This document shows positions 10,802 through 21,146 of a stretch of 64,000 bases of DNA, piece by piece (the first letter of the stretch is position 1; each line of letters begins with the position of its first letter). The notes under the pieces were generated by a model. The model worked only from the letters and a program-made list of their open reading frames with translations, was not told where the DNA came from and did not search any database. Made by a program: the position numbers and the translations under genes. The DNA comes from Deltaproteobacteria bacterium (lineage in GTDB: Bacteria; Desulfobacterota; Binatia; UBA1149; JAJCZL01), in contig JAJCZL010000068.1 in NCBI GenBank assembly GCA_029262415.1, positions 2,372 to 66,371 on the forward strand, read 5' to 3'.

Positions 10802-11588
10802 CTTCGCTCTCCGCTGTTACGCCTTCGCCGTTTCTAATCTCGATTTCGCGTTGCTGAAAGTAGAGGTTACGGACAAACGTATAGTAGTCGAGAGAAGTCG
10901 CTTTCGCATCTTCGATCTCTTCGATGACCCCGGACCGCCAGTGTATGGTTTGCAGCGTTCGTTCCGCTGCCAATTCTTCGGGTTTGACCTCCGGCGGCCA
11001 AATTGCCAACGGATAATCGACCAAAGTGCCGGCAAAATCGCGCACGGTAGAGGGACCCAGGAAGGGTAGCACTAGGTAAGGGCCCGCCGGTACCTTCCAA
11101 ACCCCAAGGGTTTGCCCAAAGTCTTCGCTGCGGCGTTCGACGCCGTCGCATCCGGTGATGTCGACGAATCCTGCGACCCCGAGGCCGGTATTGACGAAGA
11201 AGCGGCCGAAGTTCTCGAGTGCGAGTAGCGGGTGACCTTGGAGAATGTTGTTGCCGATCACCACGGGCGAGCGCAGGTTGCGGAAAAAATTGGTGAATCC
11301 GTTGCGCACCGATTGCGGTGCGGCCCAACGCCATCCGCGTGCGGCGGGTTCGAGGAAGTAGACGTCAACTTTGTCGTTGAACGCCCAGATCACGCGGTTA
11401 AGGCCTTCGAACGGGTCGCTCTCGCGGCTTGTCGGTTCAGCGCTGTCTACTTGGGCGGCGGGCGTGGTCTCTAGCGATGCGGTCGCAAGCTGCGCGAGCG
11501 CGTCGCCGGCGGTCGCGAGCACCAGCGCGGCCGCTAACACCGGCGTGGCCGCTAACGACGATACGACTCGGTTGCGCGCGGCCTTCAT
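10773..11588 (-). CDS. mlaA: MlaA/VacJ family lipoprotein
   Basis: DPFEGLNRVIWAFNDKVD motif typical of VacJ/MlaA; signal peptide; overlaps mlaD stop by 4 nt. Confidence 0.7.
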   Translation of the reverse strand: MKAARNRVVSSLAATPVLAAALVLATAGDALAQLATASLETTPAAQVDSAEPTSRESDPFEGLNRVIWAFNDKVDVYFLEPAARGWRWAAPQSVRNGFTNFFRNLRSPVVIGNNILQGHPLLALENFGRFFVNTGLGVAGFVDITGCDGVERRSEDFGQTLGVWKVPAGPYLVLPFLGPSTVRDFAGTLVDYPLAIWPPEVKPEELAAERTLQTIHWRSGVIEEIEDAKATSLDYYTFVRNLYFQQREIEIRNGEGVTAESEDDLYYFDGE

Positions 11589-12049
11589 CTGTCGTCCTCG
11601 CTGCCGGTGCTGCCGTAAACGAATTTGCCGAGCAGGCGTTCGAGCAGAACCGCCGACTCAGTGAACTCGAGCTGTTCGCCTTCCTTGAGCATCGTCTCTT
11701 CGCCTCCAAGCAGCATTGTAAGGTAACGGTCGCCGAGAAGGCCGGAGGTGACGATCGAAACCGATGTATCGACGGGGATTTGGAGTTCCGGGTTCAGGTT
11801 CATCTCAACGCGCGCACGATAGTCGGCGTCGAGTACGATCGACTCGACCGCGCCGACCTTGACCCCGGCGATTACCACGGGTGCGCGGGGTTTGAGGCCG
11901 CCGAGTTCGTCGAACGTTGCGTACAAGGTAAGGCCGCCCGGGCCGCCGTAGCTGATGCCGCCGACGGTGATCGACAGGTAGGCGACCGCGGCCAGTCCGA
12001 TGAGCACGAAGATGCCCACGATAAAGTCACGAAGTGGATGCCTGTTCAT
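11585..12049 (-). CDS. mlaD: MlaD (MCE-domain) protein
   Basis: N-terminal TM followed by MCE domain (LKPRAPVVIAGVKVGAVESI). Confidence 0.75.
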   Translation of the reverse strand: MNRHPLRDFIVGIFVLIGLAAVAYLSITVGGISYGGPGGLTLYATFDELGGLKPRAPVVIAGVKVGAVESIVLDADYRARVEMNLNPELQIPVDTSVSIVTSGLLGDRYLTMLLGGEETMLKEGEQLEFTESAVLLERLLGKFVYGSTGSEDDR

Positions 12050-12053
12050 TGAC

Positions 12054-12830
12054 TCAAACTCCCCATAGCGCGGTGATGAAATAGTCGGAGATCAACACGC
12101 ACACCGACGCGAAGACTACTGTCGAGGTAGTTGCCGAACTCACACCTTCTGAGGTCGGTGTGGCTGTAAAGCCGCGGTAGGTCGAAATCAAGCCGACCAA
12201 TATGCCGAATATGACCGATTTGAGCAGGCTACCGGCGACGTCGTCGGCGAAGGTCATCGAGGATTCCATGCTGGTCAAGTAGGTGCCGCCGTCGATGCCC
12301 ATAAGTAGAACGCCGATCATCCAGCCGCCGAACAAGCCGCAGCAGATAAACATTGCCGAGAGCAGCGGCATGACCAGGATCATCGATGCGGCTTTAGGTG
12401 TGACGATCAGGTGCATGGGGTCGATCGACATCATGCGCAGACCGTCGAGCTGTTCGTCTTTGACCATCGTAGCGATTTCGGCCGCGGTAGCCGAGCCGGC
12501 GCGTCCGGTGGTAAGTAGCGCGGTGAGCACCGGGCCGAGTTCTCTGACCAAGCTAAGTCCGACCACAGCCCCGAGAGTTTCTTCGGCACCGAAGCGTATC
12601 AGTGTGTTGTAGCCCTGCAGACTCAGCACCATGCCGACCGCGAGGCCCGAGACGCAGATGATGACGATTGACAGAACGCCTTCTTTGAAGATTTCCTCGC
12701 AGAAGCGCCGCCAGCGCAGCGGCCGTACAAAAAGATTTTTGACCACCGACAGCGCGAACATACCGAAGCGTCCCAGATCATAAATGAAACGGTAGACGAG
12801 GAAGCCGAGTTCTCGGATCAGCTCGATCAT
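12054..12830 (-). CDS. mlaE: MlaE ABC transporter permease
   Basis: 258 aa polytopic permease with strong MlaE/Ttg2B similarity. Confidence 0.85.
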   Translation of the reverse strand: MIELIRELGFLVYRFIYDLGRFGMFALSVVKNLFVRPLRWRRFCEEIFKEGVLSIVIICVSGLAVGMVLSLQGYNTLIRFGAEETLGAVVGLSLVRELGPVLTALLTTGRAGSATAAEIATMVKDEQLDGLRMMSIDPMHLIVTPKAASMILVMPLLSAMFICCGLFGGWMIGVLLMGIDGGTYLTSMESSMTFADDVAGSLLKSVIFGILVGLISTYRGFTATPTSEGVSSATTSTVVFASVCVLISDYFITALWGV

Positions 12831-12856
12831 ATAGGTTGGCTTGGCGCGCCGCGCTC

Positions 12857-13657
12857 TTATGCGCGGGCAGCCCCACCTTCGGGCTCAATGTCGTCGATGT
12901 TGTCGGTGAGTTCGTCGCTAAGCAGGTTGTGGATGAGTGGATCCGCGCTGGCCCGCATCTCTTCGGGCGATCCGGAAACGGCGCCCGAGGCTTTGAGCAC
13001 CAGGACGTGGTTGGCCATACGCATGGTCGTGGCGACGTGGTGGGAAACCAGCAGCGTCGTCATTTCGTAGCGTTGGTTGACCTGGAGCAACAGCGCTTCG
13101 ATACGCTTGACAGAGATCGGATCCAAACCCGAGAAAGGCTCGTCACATAGAAGAATTTTCGGCCGTTGGATGATCGCACGCGCGAGCGCCGCGCGTTTGA
13201 GCATGCCACCGGAGAGCTGCCCGGGCAGTAGGTCTTCTGCGTTGGCAAGGCCGACTGCATCGAGGCGGTCGCGGACCTCGTCGGCGATGTCGTCTTCGCT
13301 CATGTCGGTGTGTTCGTGCAGAGGAAAGGCGAGGTTGTCGAAGACTGAGATCGAATCAAGCAGAGCGCCGTGCTGGAACATCATGCCGATGTCACGTCGT
13401 ACGTCGTACATGTCGGACTCGGCCAGTTTGGTAACATCGCGGCCGTCGATGTAGATCGCGCCCGACTGCGGCCGGATCAGGCCGCCAATCAATCTGAGCA
13501 GGGTCGATTTACCGCTGCCGCTGCCGCCCAGGATCACGGTGATCTTGCCGCGCGCGAACTCGCAGGTGAGATCGTGCATGACACGCCGCGTCCCAAACGA
13601 CATGTTTACGCCCTCTAGCGCGATCGCGACCGATTTATCGTTGCGTGCTGACTTCAT
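12857..13657 (-). CDS. mlaF: MlaF ABC transporter ATP-binding protein
   Basis: Walker A GGSGSGKST, signature LSGGMLKRAALARA; start refined to MKSARN ATG at 13657 with AGGA RBS (ORF track extends to 13807). Confidence 0.85.
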   Translation of the reverse strand: MKSARNDKSVAIALEGVNMSFGTRRVMHDLTCEFARGKITVILGGSGSGKSTLLRLIGGLIRPQSGAIYIDGRDVTKLAESDMYDVRRDIGMMFQHGALLDSISVFDNLAFPLHEHTDMSEDDIADEVRDRLDAVGLANAEDLLPGQLSGGMLKRAALARAIIQRPKILLCDEPFSGLDPISVKRIEALLLQVNQRYEMTTLLVSHHVATTMRMANHVLVLKASGAVSGSPEEMRASADPLIHNLLSDELTDNIDDIEPEGGAARA

Positions 13658-13866
13658 CCTTATATAGGCGAGGAGGTTTTCAACGGTTTGAGAGGGTTGC
13701 GACCGACCGGCGGCGCCCTTTTTAGCAGCAGAGGGCCGGGATTCCAACGACGCTTCGCACGACGTCGCCGCAGATAGCGAACGGGGGACACATTTCGACG
13801 CAGGCAAGGCTCAGCCTCGGCACGCGAAATGACTGGGGTACCGGCCCCCTCCAAGGTATTGACATT

Positions 13867-13885
13867 GATTGTGATGTTCAATATC
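13867..13885. promoter_or_regulatory. Fur-box-like site between divergent mlaF and TonB-dependent receptor
   Basis: GATTGTGATGTTCAATATC matches about 14/19 of Fur consensus GATAATGATAATCATTATC; embedded in an inverted repeat CATTGAT...ATCAATG, with TTGACA just upstream. Confidence 0.3.
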
Positions 13886-13940
13886 AATGTAGCCACGGAG
13901 CGCTGCAGGCTCCGCAATACACAACCAGGATGAAGCCGAA

Positions 13941-16379
13941 GTGAGAATACGACAAACCATTAATTGCATCCTAGAACCGGCCGTCAAGCCCTGCGCGGCT
14001 CCCGAGCCCACACGGGCGATTGCTCAACCTTGGGGTCGCCGACCAACGAATAACCGCCGAGGCTTTACGCTTGCCGGCCGCGCCGCCTGGGTTCTGAGCC
14101 TGCTCGGGGTCGTGGGTGCCGCCGGCCTTGAGTTTTACCCCGGCGTGGCCTTCGGCGCTGACCACACGTCCCGCGGGGAGCGTCGAGTACTCGAGCTGCC
14201 AACCGTGACTGTTCTCGGCGATAGCGACCTACGCACGCTGCCCGGGTCAGGGAGGCGGGTCACCAGCGATGAGATCCGCACACAGAGCTATGACGACATC
14301 AACCGCGTGCTGCGTAAGGTGCCCGGTGTCTACCTGCGCGAAGAAGACGGCCAGGGTCTGTTTCCGAACATCAGCCTGCGCGGTGTCGACGGCGCGCGCA
14401 GCGCCAAGGTGACGATCATGGAAGACGGTGTGCTGACGGCGCCTGCACCGTACGCAGCACCGTCGGCCTACTATTCGCCGACGGCAGGACGGATGCACAG
14501 CATCGAAGTTCTCAAGGGCTCGAGCCAGGTTCGCTACGGGCCGCACACCACGGGTGGCGTCATCAACTACGTATCCACTCCTATACCGGCCGAGCCGACC
14601 GTGTACTTCAAGCAGCTCTTCGGCAACTTTGAGGAGATTCGCTCGCACCTTTATTTCGGCGACACCATCGACACCAACAATGGACGTTTGGGTTTTTTGG
14701 TTGAGGGCTTCTTCCGTCGCAACGAAGGTTTCAAAACTCGCGACACGGCGCCCGACTTTGCCGATGGCGACGACACCGGTTTTGAGAAGACCGAGCCTAT
14801 GGTCAAGCTCTCGTGGGAGCCCGACACGCCGACCTATCAGCGCTTCGAGGCCAAGCTCGGCTACAGCGACATCGATGCAGACGAGGGGTACCTCGGCCTG
14901 ACCGAGGCCGACTTTGCGGCCGACCCGTACCGGCAGTACACAGCTTCGCGCTTCGATCACTTCGAGAGCACCCACACCCGCAGTTACTTACGGCATTACA
15001 TTGAGCCGACACGAAACCTCAACGTTACGACCACGGCCTACTACAACAAGTTCCACCGCAACTGGTTTAAACTGAACGACGTTAGCGACGATCCCAATGC
15101 TACGCCGGTGACCTTCGGCGCCTCCGACCTGGCGTTGGCAAAAGCGTTGGCCGAGGGTGGTACGCACCTCGACGTTCTCAAGGGGAACGCCGGCGGCACC
15201 TGGCGCGTGCGCAACAACAACCGCGACTATTACCTGTACGGGATGGAGAGCGTGCTGAACACACAGATAGAAGTCGGCGGCATCGAGCACAACGTTACGG
15301 CTGGACTGCGCGCCAACAGCGACAAGGAGCGTCGCTTCCAGACCGACGAGTACTTCAACACCAACGCCTCGGGCGTGGTAACCGGCTCTACACTGGGCGA
15401 AGCCGGAGCGGGCGGCGATCGTGAAGAGAAAGTTGATGCATATACCGCGTTCGTCGAAGACAAGATCACGCTTGGACGTTTGACCATCACCCCCGGTGTG
15501 CGCGTCGAGCATTTGGAGTTATCGACCGTCGACTTCCGTTCGGGCGAAGCGCTTGACGGTAGTCTCAACCTGCTGGGCGGGGGTGTCGGTGTTTCGTTTG
15601 AGGCGTCGGATACGACGACGTTGTTCGGGGGTGTGAACCGTGGCTATTCGCCGCCCGGACCACGCGCACACTTGCGTGGCGACATGCTCGATGAAGAGAC
15701 CAGCATCGCTACTGAACTTGGCGTCCGCTACGACAGCGGCGATGGCGTCGTGATCGGCGAGGCGGTGGCTTTTTACACTGCCTTCGATGACCTGATCGTG
15801 CTCGACAATGTCGGTGGAGCAGGCGGCTCGAGCGGCGACCCGATCAGCGAGAACGCCGGTCGCGTCGATAGTTACGGCTTGGAGCTTTCCTCTACTTATG
15901 ACGCCGGTGTAGCCAACGGTTGGCAGGTTAACAACCCGTTCTTCTTGGCGGTGACGCTTACGCAGGCCGAGCTGAAGAACGATGTGAACTCGACGGACGG
16001 TGAGTCAATTTTCGCAGGCGGCTTTGACGGCGCGAAGGTTCCCTATGTGCCCGAGATTCAGGCCTCGGCCGGTGTTGCCGTGAATGGACAGCGCGCGGGT
16101 GCGGAGTTGGTCGTAAACTACGTAGACTCAACCTTTTCGACGGCGAGCAACGTCAGTACTCAAATCGACGCATTCGGCCAGCCCGATGCGCGTTTCGGGC
16201 GCATCGACTCGTATGTGACCGTCGACCTTGCCGCACACTACGACATCAACGACAACGTGCGTTTGCTGGTCGGTGCCCAAAACCTGTTTGACGAAGACTA
16301 CTTGGTTTCTCGTCATCCCTTCGGTCCGCGTCCGGGTCGCCCCTTTACGGCTTACGTCGGGTTAGAATTGAAACGTTGA
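13941..16379 (+). CDS. TonB-dependent outer-membrane receptor
   Basis: Plug-domain motifs (DINRVLRKVPGVYL, NISLRGV) and 22-strand barrel length; true start may be an internal GTG after the signal region. Confidence 0.8.
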   Translation: MRIRQTINCILEPAVKPCAAPEPTRAIAQPWGRRPTNNRRGFTLAGRAAWVLSLLGVVGAAGLEFYPGVAFGADHTSRGERRVLELPTVTVLGDSDLRTLPGSGRRVTSDEIRTQSYDDINRVLRKVPGVYLREEDGQGLFPNISLRGVDGARSAKVTIMEDGVLTAPAPYAAPSAYYSPTAGRMHSIEVLKGSSQVRYGPHTTGGVINYVSTPIPAEPTVYFKQLFGNFEEIRSHLYFGDTIDTNNGRLGFLVEGFFRRNEGFKTRDTAPDFADGDDTGFEKTEPMVKLSWEPDTPTYQRFEAKLGYSDIDADEGYLGLTEADFAADPYRQYTASRFDHFESTHTRSYLRHYIEPTRNLNVTTTAYYNKFHRNWFKLNDVSDDPNATPVTFGASDLALAKALAEGGTHLDVLKGNAGGTWRVRNNNRDYYLYGMESVLNTQIEVGGIEHNVTAGLRANSDKERRFQTDEYFNTNASGVVTGSTLGEAGAGGDREEKVDAYTAFVEDKITLGRLTITPGVRVEHLELSTVDFRSGEALDGSLNLLGGGVGVSFEASDTTTLFGGVNRGYSPPGPRAHLRGDMLDEETSIATELGVRYDSGDGVVIGEAVAFYTAFDDLIVLDNVGGAGGSSGDPISENAGRVDSYGLELSSTYDAGVANGWQVNNPFFLAVTLTQAELKNDVNSTDGESIFAGGFDGAKVPYVPEIQASAGVAVNGQRAGAELVVNYVDSTFSTASNVSTQIDAFGQPDARFGRIDSYVTVDLAAHYDINDNVRLLVGAQNLFDEDYLVSRHPFGPRPGRPFTAYVGLELKR

Positions 16380-16405
16380 AGGGCGTCGGTGCGTCGGTGG
16401 TGAGA

Positions 16406-17035
16406 TCAGTGACGCGAAGAGCGGCTGTGGCGAGCCAGTTCGAACTCGAAAGGGATCGTCGCCTCGTACTCAACCGCTAGACCGGCGCGCGAAGCGGGGG
16501 TGAAGCGATAGAGCGCCGCTGCTTTGCGCGCGGCCTCGTCCAGGGTGATCACTCCTGAACTGCGTAGCGTCGTAACGTTACCGACTTTCCCGCTCGCAAG
16601 GACCAGGAGTTTGAGAAGAACAGTTCCTTCTTGCCCGGCGCGTTGTGCGCTTTGCGGATAGATCGGCGGCCGGTTACGTGACCAGGGCACCGGTTCCGTA
16701 TCAATAACGCGTGCTACGCTTTCGTTTACCTCGCGCGATGCGTCCGGCGCTGCGACCGGCACCGGCACTACGGGTTTTTGCGGAGCTACTTTGGCCATCG
16801 GCTTCGGTTTCGCCGGTGCAGGCTCGGGAACGACCTCGCTTACGGGTTCGGGCTTGACGGCCTCGAGTACCGGTGGTGACGGCACCGTAGGTGCGCGTAC
16901 CGAAACGCTGATGCGTTCGGAACGGACGTTGAGTTGCGGTGTACGGATGTGGGGCGCCGCGGCGAGTATCGCAATGTGGGCAAATACCGAGGCCGCGACC
17001 AATGAGTGGAAGCCAAAGTCGTTGTCAATGCGCAT
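16406..17035 (-). CDS. tonB: energy transducer TonB
   Basis: Pro-rich spacer (PEPAPAKPKP...) and TonB C-terminal domain; start refined to MRIDND. Confidence 0.65.
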   Translation of the reverse strand: MRIDNDFGFHSLVAASVFAHIAILAAAPHIRTPQLNVRSERISVSVRAPTVPSPPVLEAVKPEPVSEVVPEPAPAKPKPMAKVAPQKPVVPVPVAAPDASREVNESVARVIDTEPVPWSRNRPPIYPQSAQRAGQEGTVLLKLLVLASGKVGNVTTLRSSGVITLDEAARKAAALYRFTPASRAGLAVEYEATIPFEFELARHSRSSRH

Positions 17036-17057
17036 GTTCAACCGTGTCGCCTCTTCT

Positions 17058-17468
17058 TCATTCGCCCGTCGGCGGTGTGTTATGCGCGATGTCCAGCGAT
17101 TTGGCGCCTGCACGGCGCGCGGCGTCGATGACTTGGACCACCGTTTTGTATGGAACGCTCTCGTCGCCGCGGAAGATCACGGCTTTCTCCGGCGCTTCCG
17201 CTAAAGCGTTGCGCAGTTGGTCGAGGAGTCCGTCGGCGAGGACTTCGACCTGATTGACGAACAGCCTGCCGTCGGCGCCTGCGCTGACCATGACCGCACG
17301 CCCGTCGCCAGGACCGTCGTTGGTCTGCGCTTCGGGTAGCGCGACTTCGATGCGCGGCGCCATGAACGTCGAACTCAACATAAAGAAGATCAACAACTGT
17401 AAGACGATGTCGAGCAGGGGGCTGATATCGAGCGTGGTCGAAGGTTTTTTGGTACGGCGGAACTTCAT
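17058..17468 (-). CDS. exbD: biopolymer transport protein ExbD/TolR
   Basis: 136 aa, single N-terminal TM, ExbD family similarity. Confidence 0.8.
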   Translation of the reverse strand: MKFRRTKKPSTTLDISPLLDIVLQLLIFFMLSSTFMAPRIEVALPEAQTNDGPGDGRAVMVSAGADGRLFVNQVEVLADGLLDQLRNALAEAPEKAVIFRGDESVPYKTVVQVIDAARRAGAKSLDIAHNTPPTGE

Positions 17469-17498
17469 CGTCGGCGCATCTCGTTCGCGACGCTGACC

Positions 17499-18188
17499 TC
17501 AGCCCTGTCCGACCGCAGCTGGCAGCGAGTCGCGTTCACCTTCATCACTATGCATTTGTGCGGTGTGTTTGCCGAGCCACTGGTCGAGGTAGCTGACGAT
17601 GAAGCTCATGCGACGTGCCATTTGGTCGGCGCGGCTTTCGAGGGAGTGGAACGCGGCAAGACAGGGAATGGCTATCGCCAGGCCGAAGACCGTGGTGAGA
17701 AGTGCTTCCCAAATGCCCGCTGCCAAATCGCTCGGCTGTACCTGTCCGCCGGCGAGTTCGATCTGGTGGAAGGCACCGACCAGTCCAGCAACGGTTCCGA
17801 GCAGCCCGAGCAGGGTTGCAAGGTGGGCGATAGTAGAAAGTCCGCGTAGGCGTTGCTCGGCACCTTCGAGTGCGAGTGCACCCTCGCGCGCAACCACCGA
17901 ACCACGCGCGTCGTCGTCGAGGTCGATGGTGTCTAGGTAGGCACCGGCCGTTGCGGCGACCGGTCCGCGGTATGTGCTGCAGAGTTCGCGCGCCTGTTCG
18001 AGTTTGCCCGTCGTTACCCGCGCGGCGAGTTCGCCGACGAACTTAGGGTAGTCCAAACGCATGCGGATATGGGCGAGGCTGCGGTCGAGGATCAGCGCGA
18101 GAGCGACGACCGAGCAGCCGAGTAGCGGCCACATGATGGGTCCGCCTTTGAGGACGAGTTCGGCGAGTGAATGATTCCAGACTTGCAT
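17499..18188 (-). CDS. exbB: MotA/TolQ/ExbB proton channel protein
   Basis: ExbB family TM core; start refined to MQVWNH at 18188. Confidence 0.8.
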   Translation of the reverse strand: MQVWNHSLAELVLKGGPIMWPLLGCSVVALALILDRSLAHIRMRLDYPKFVGELAARVTTGKLEQARELCSTYRGPVAATAGAYLDTIDLDDDARGSVVAREGALALEGAEQRLRGLSTIAHLATLLGLLGTVAGLVGAFHQIELAGGQVQPSDLAAGIWEALLTTVFGLAIAIPCLAAFHSLESRADQMARRMSFIVSYLDQWLGKHTAQMHSDEGERDSLPAAVGQG

Positions 18189-18260
18189 ATGTATAACCGC
18201 CTGCCGCCTTAGCACTCTCCTGTGTCGTCGCGCAAGCGCGACAACCATGGGACTCACTTT

Positions 18261-18279
18261 GATTATGAATGTCGTTATC
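18261..18279. promoter_or_regulatory. Fur-box-like site about 70 bp upstream of exbB
   Basis: GATTATGAATGTCGTTATC matches about 14/19 of Fur consensus; sits in the 560-bp exbB / DUF938 divergent intergenic region. Confidence 0.35.
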
Positions 18280-18745
18280 AGCGTACCATGTCAAGTGGTC
18301 ACCCCTCTAAACGCGACTGAGTTAGGTCGCTTAATAATAAAAAAAATGACACGGCGCGTAACAACCCAGAATTCGCTACTTTGCCCTAATTCCGCCGCTT
18401 TTCACTCACTACGGTCGCGACCGTCGGTATTGCCAAAGCTCCGGCGGCCGCGGCCGTAGAAAAACTGGTCGTTCACAGCGGCCGCGCGAGTCCCTGTTCG
18501 GCCCGAGTTTCGGGCGCTTCGCGGAAGCGACCGGCATCAAGGCTGAGGTTTGCTACAACGACACGCCTGCGTCGGCCATTCAACTGCTTGCCGGGGTTGA
18601 AGCCAGCCTGGCGGACGTAAAAACTTGTTTTAGGAGTCCGGCTATTTCGGTGCGCACCAATCCGCGCTTCGACGATTCGCAGGGCCACAGGGTCGGCACC
18701 ATCGGCAGGACTGCGCGCCGTGATAAGCTCCACGCCGTGAAACAG

Positions 18746-19336
18746 ATGGCGCGACACTGCGACAGGAATCAAGCCCATATCTTGGACGTGCTGCGTGAAG
18801 CCTTTGCAGACGTCGGCAGCGTACTCGAGATCGGCAGCGGCAGCGGACAGCACGCGGCTTACTTCGCGAGTAACCTGCCGCGCCTACAATGGACACCGAG
18901 CGATCTCGTCGAAAGTCATCCGAGTATTCAAGCGTGGCGTGATGAGCTCGCGCTCGCCAATTTGCACGCGCCGCTTGCCCTCGACGTAGACGATTCGGTG
19001 TGGCCCGGCGAACCCTTCGACGCGATCTTCACCGCGAACACTTTGCATATCATGGGCTGGCCCTCTGTTGTGAACCTCTTCGCGCACGCACCGCTTGTGC
19101 TGCGGCCCGGTGGGCTGTTGTGCATATACGGTCCGTTCAACTACGGCGGATGCTATACCTCGCCCGGTAACGAGGCCTTCGATGCGCGTTTGCAGGGGGA
19201 CGATCCGGTGCGTGGAATCCGCGACTTCGAGCGGATTGATGCGCTGGCCCTAGCGCATGGCATGCGCCTGCGCAAAGACTACGAGATGCCGGCCAACAAC
19301 CGCATCCTCTTGTGGGTCAACAAAAGCGACGAGTGA
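18746..19336 (+). CDS. DUF938 family (SAM-MTase-like) protein
   Basis: Conserved DUF938 core (ILDVLREAF...LEIGSGSGQHAAYFA...ANTLHIM); start refined to MARHCD. Confidence 0.55.
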   Translation: MARHCDRNQAHILDVLREAFADVGSVLEIGSGSGQHAAYFASNLPRLQWTPSDLVESHPSIQAWRDELALANLHAPLALDVDDSVWPGEPFDAIFTANTLHIMGWPSVVNLFAHAPLVLRPGGLLCIYGPFNYGGCYTSPGNEAFDARLQGDDPVRGIRDFERIDALALAHGMRLRKDYEMPANNRILLWVNKSDE

Positions 19337-19364
19337 GCCTGCCGCAGGTTAGTCTATATAGGTT

Positions 19365-20366
19365 GTGATACCTGCAAGAGTCGGTTTTTGCTTAGCTGCG
19401 GCTCTGTTCTCGGCAGCGGCGACCGCGGTCGCTTATCTACAGACTGCCGATCTGCCCGGACCCGGCGTGTTTACGTTGTGGAACGTTCTCGCCCTGGCCA
19501 ATTTGGCATTCGCGGTGGTGGGGCTCGCGCTCAACTCCTTGGTCATCAAGTCCAAGCAGGTTCGTTCGGTAAGGCCCGGCGATTGGGCGGTGCTCTGTGT
19601 CATCGCTGTGGTTTCCGGCGGGATTGCGCCCGCGATGTTGTTCTCCGCGCTCGCCGATCAGTCGGTGGCCGGCGTCGTGGTGCTCTCGCGTATTGAGCCG
19701 CCGCTTACGCTCTTTCTCGCAGCGGCCCTGCTCGGCGTGCAGGCCAACGCTTTGCGCACAGGTGGTGCATTTCTTGTGTTCTGCGGCGTGTTGCTGACGG
19801 TCATGCTGCAAGGGCCGATGGGTCACCTGACCAAGACGGGTCTCTTGCAGATCGGGACCGGCGAGTTGCAGGCGATCGGGGCGGGGATGTTGTTGTCGAT
19901 CACGACAGTTGCCTACCAGATGCGGCTTGCCCACGTGCCGATCTCGATCTACGTAGTCGCGCGCGCTTTCATTTGCACCGTGTTTTTCTTGGTGGTCGGG
20001 GCGGCCGTGCAGACGGATTCGCTGTTCAGCGCGATGGCCACGGCGGGTGTTTGGCCCTACCTCGGTGGCTACATCGCCGTCTTCGGAGTTGCGGCGCCGC
20101 TGTTCTGGGTGATCGGGTTGCGCAGGTTGCATCCAGCGACGGTCTCAGTCGCAGTCTCGACCACGCCGTTTCTCGCGGTGATCATTGCAGCGCGGGTGCT
20201 CGGACAACTGCCGACGATGGCTGAGATTGTTGGTGGCAGTCTGGTCGCGCTCGGCTTGATCATGACCATCGTTGGGGCCATGGAAGACGGCCGTCGCGGT
20301 CGGCACTTTGCGTCTGTCGGGTCCGCTGACGAGTTCGACAGCGGGCTTGGATTCAAAGGGGTCTAG
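19365..20366 (+). CDS. DMT/EamA-family membrane transporter
   Basis: 333 aa, about 10 hydrophobic helices, duplicated EamA-like halves. Confidence 0.55.
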   Translation: MIPARVGFCLAAALFSAAATAVAYLQTADLPGPGVFTLWNVLALANLAFAVVGLALNSLVIKSKQVRSVRPGDWAVLCVIAVVSGGIAPAMLFSALADQSVAGVVVLSRIEPPLTLFLAAALLGVQANALRTGGAFLVFCGVLLTVMLQGPMGHLTKTGLLQIGTGELQAIGAGMLLSITTVAYQMRLAHVPISIYVVARAFICTVFFLVVGAAVQTDSLFSAMATAGVWPYLGGYIAVFGVAAPLFWVIGLRRLHPATVSVAVSTTPFLAVIIAARVLGQLPTMAEIVGGSLVALGLIMTIVGAMEDGRRGRHFASVGSADEFDSGLGFKGV

Positions 20367-20400
20367 TTGTTCCTTGGGCGGGGCGCCGCTATGACGGGGA

Positions 20401-21144
20401 ATGCCCTATCGCACCTTCGCCGCTTTGGTATTAGCCCTCGCTTTCTTGTCGGCTGCCCTTCCCGGGGTGGGGCGCTTCGAAGCCTGCGCGCGTGACCACG
20501 GCCATTCCGAAGCCAAGCCGGGAGACGAGTGGTTCGGGGCAACCAGCCATCGTCGCTTTGACGACGCGAAGTACTGGTCGACAGTCTTTGACGACCCGAA
20601 ACGTGCGGTTTGGCAAAAACCCGTAGAAATTGTCGCCGCACTTGATTTGCAGCGCGGGACGACCGTTGCTGATCTCGGCGCCGGCACCGGTTATTTTCTC
20701 GCCCATCTGCTCGCCGCGATCGGCGCACAAGGCACAGTTTACGCGGTTGAGGTCGAACCGAATCTCGTTGTTCACCTCCGCGAGCGCGCGCAGACCGCTG
20801 GGTGGCAGAACGTGATCCCCGTGCTCGCGTCCAACGATAACCCGCGGTTGCCGGCGGGCTCGATAGATATCGTGCTGATCGTCGATACCTACCACCATCT
20901 CGACGACCGGCGCGCGTATCTCGGTCGACTTACGCGTGCGCTATCGAAGCGCGGACGGATCGCGATCGTCGATTGGAAGAAGGGGGACTTCCCCGAGGGT
21001 CCCGACGACAGCCACAAGCTCAGTCGTGAGCAGGTCGCCGGCGAGATGGAGCAAGCGGGCTTTCGCTTGGTGGCCGACCCGATCGTGCTCCCTTATCAAT
21101 ACATGTTGATCTACGAATCGGCGTCGCCGAACAACGGAGAGTAG
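20401..21144 (+). CDS. class I SAM-dependent methyltransferase with N-terminal signal peptide
   Basis: SAM motif I VADLGAGTGYF and methyltransferase core. Confidence 0.65.
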   Translation: MPYRTFAALVLALAFLSAALPGVGRFEACARDHGHSEAKPGDEWFGATSHRRFDDAKYWSTVFDDPKRAVWQKPVEIVAALDLQRGTTVADLGAGTGYFLAHLLAAIGAQGTVYAVEVEPNLVVHLRERAQTAGWQNVIPVLASNDNPRLPAGSIDIVLIVDTYHHLDDRRAYLGRLTRALSKRGRIAIVDWKKGDFPEGPDDSHKLSREQVAGEMEQAGFRLVADPIVLPYQYMLIYESASPNNGE

Positions 21145-21146
21145 TC

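Noticed and set aside
10061-13657. Absence of a STAS-domain mlaB gene in the mla cluster as an anomaly
   Set aside because: MlaB is missing from mla operons in many non-enterobacterial lineages, or is encoded elsewhere, so this is not informative on its own.
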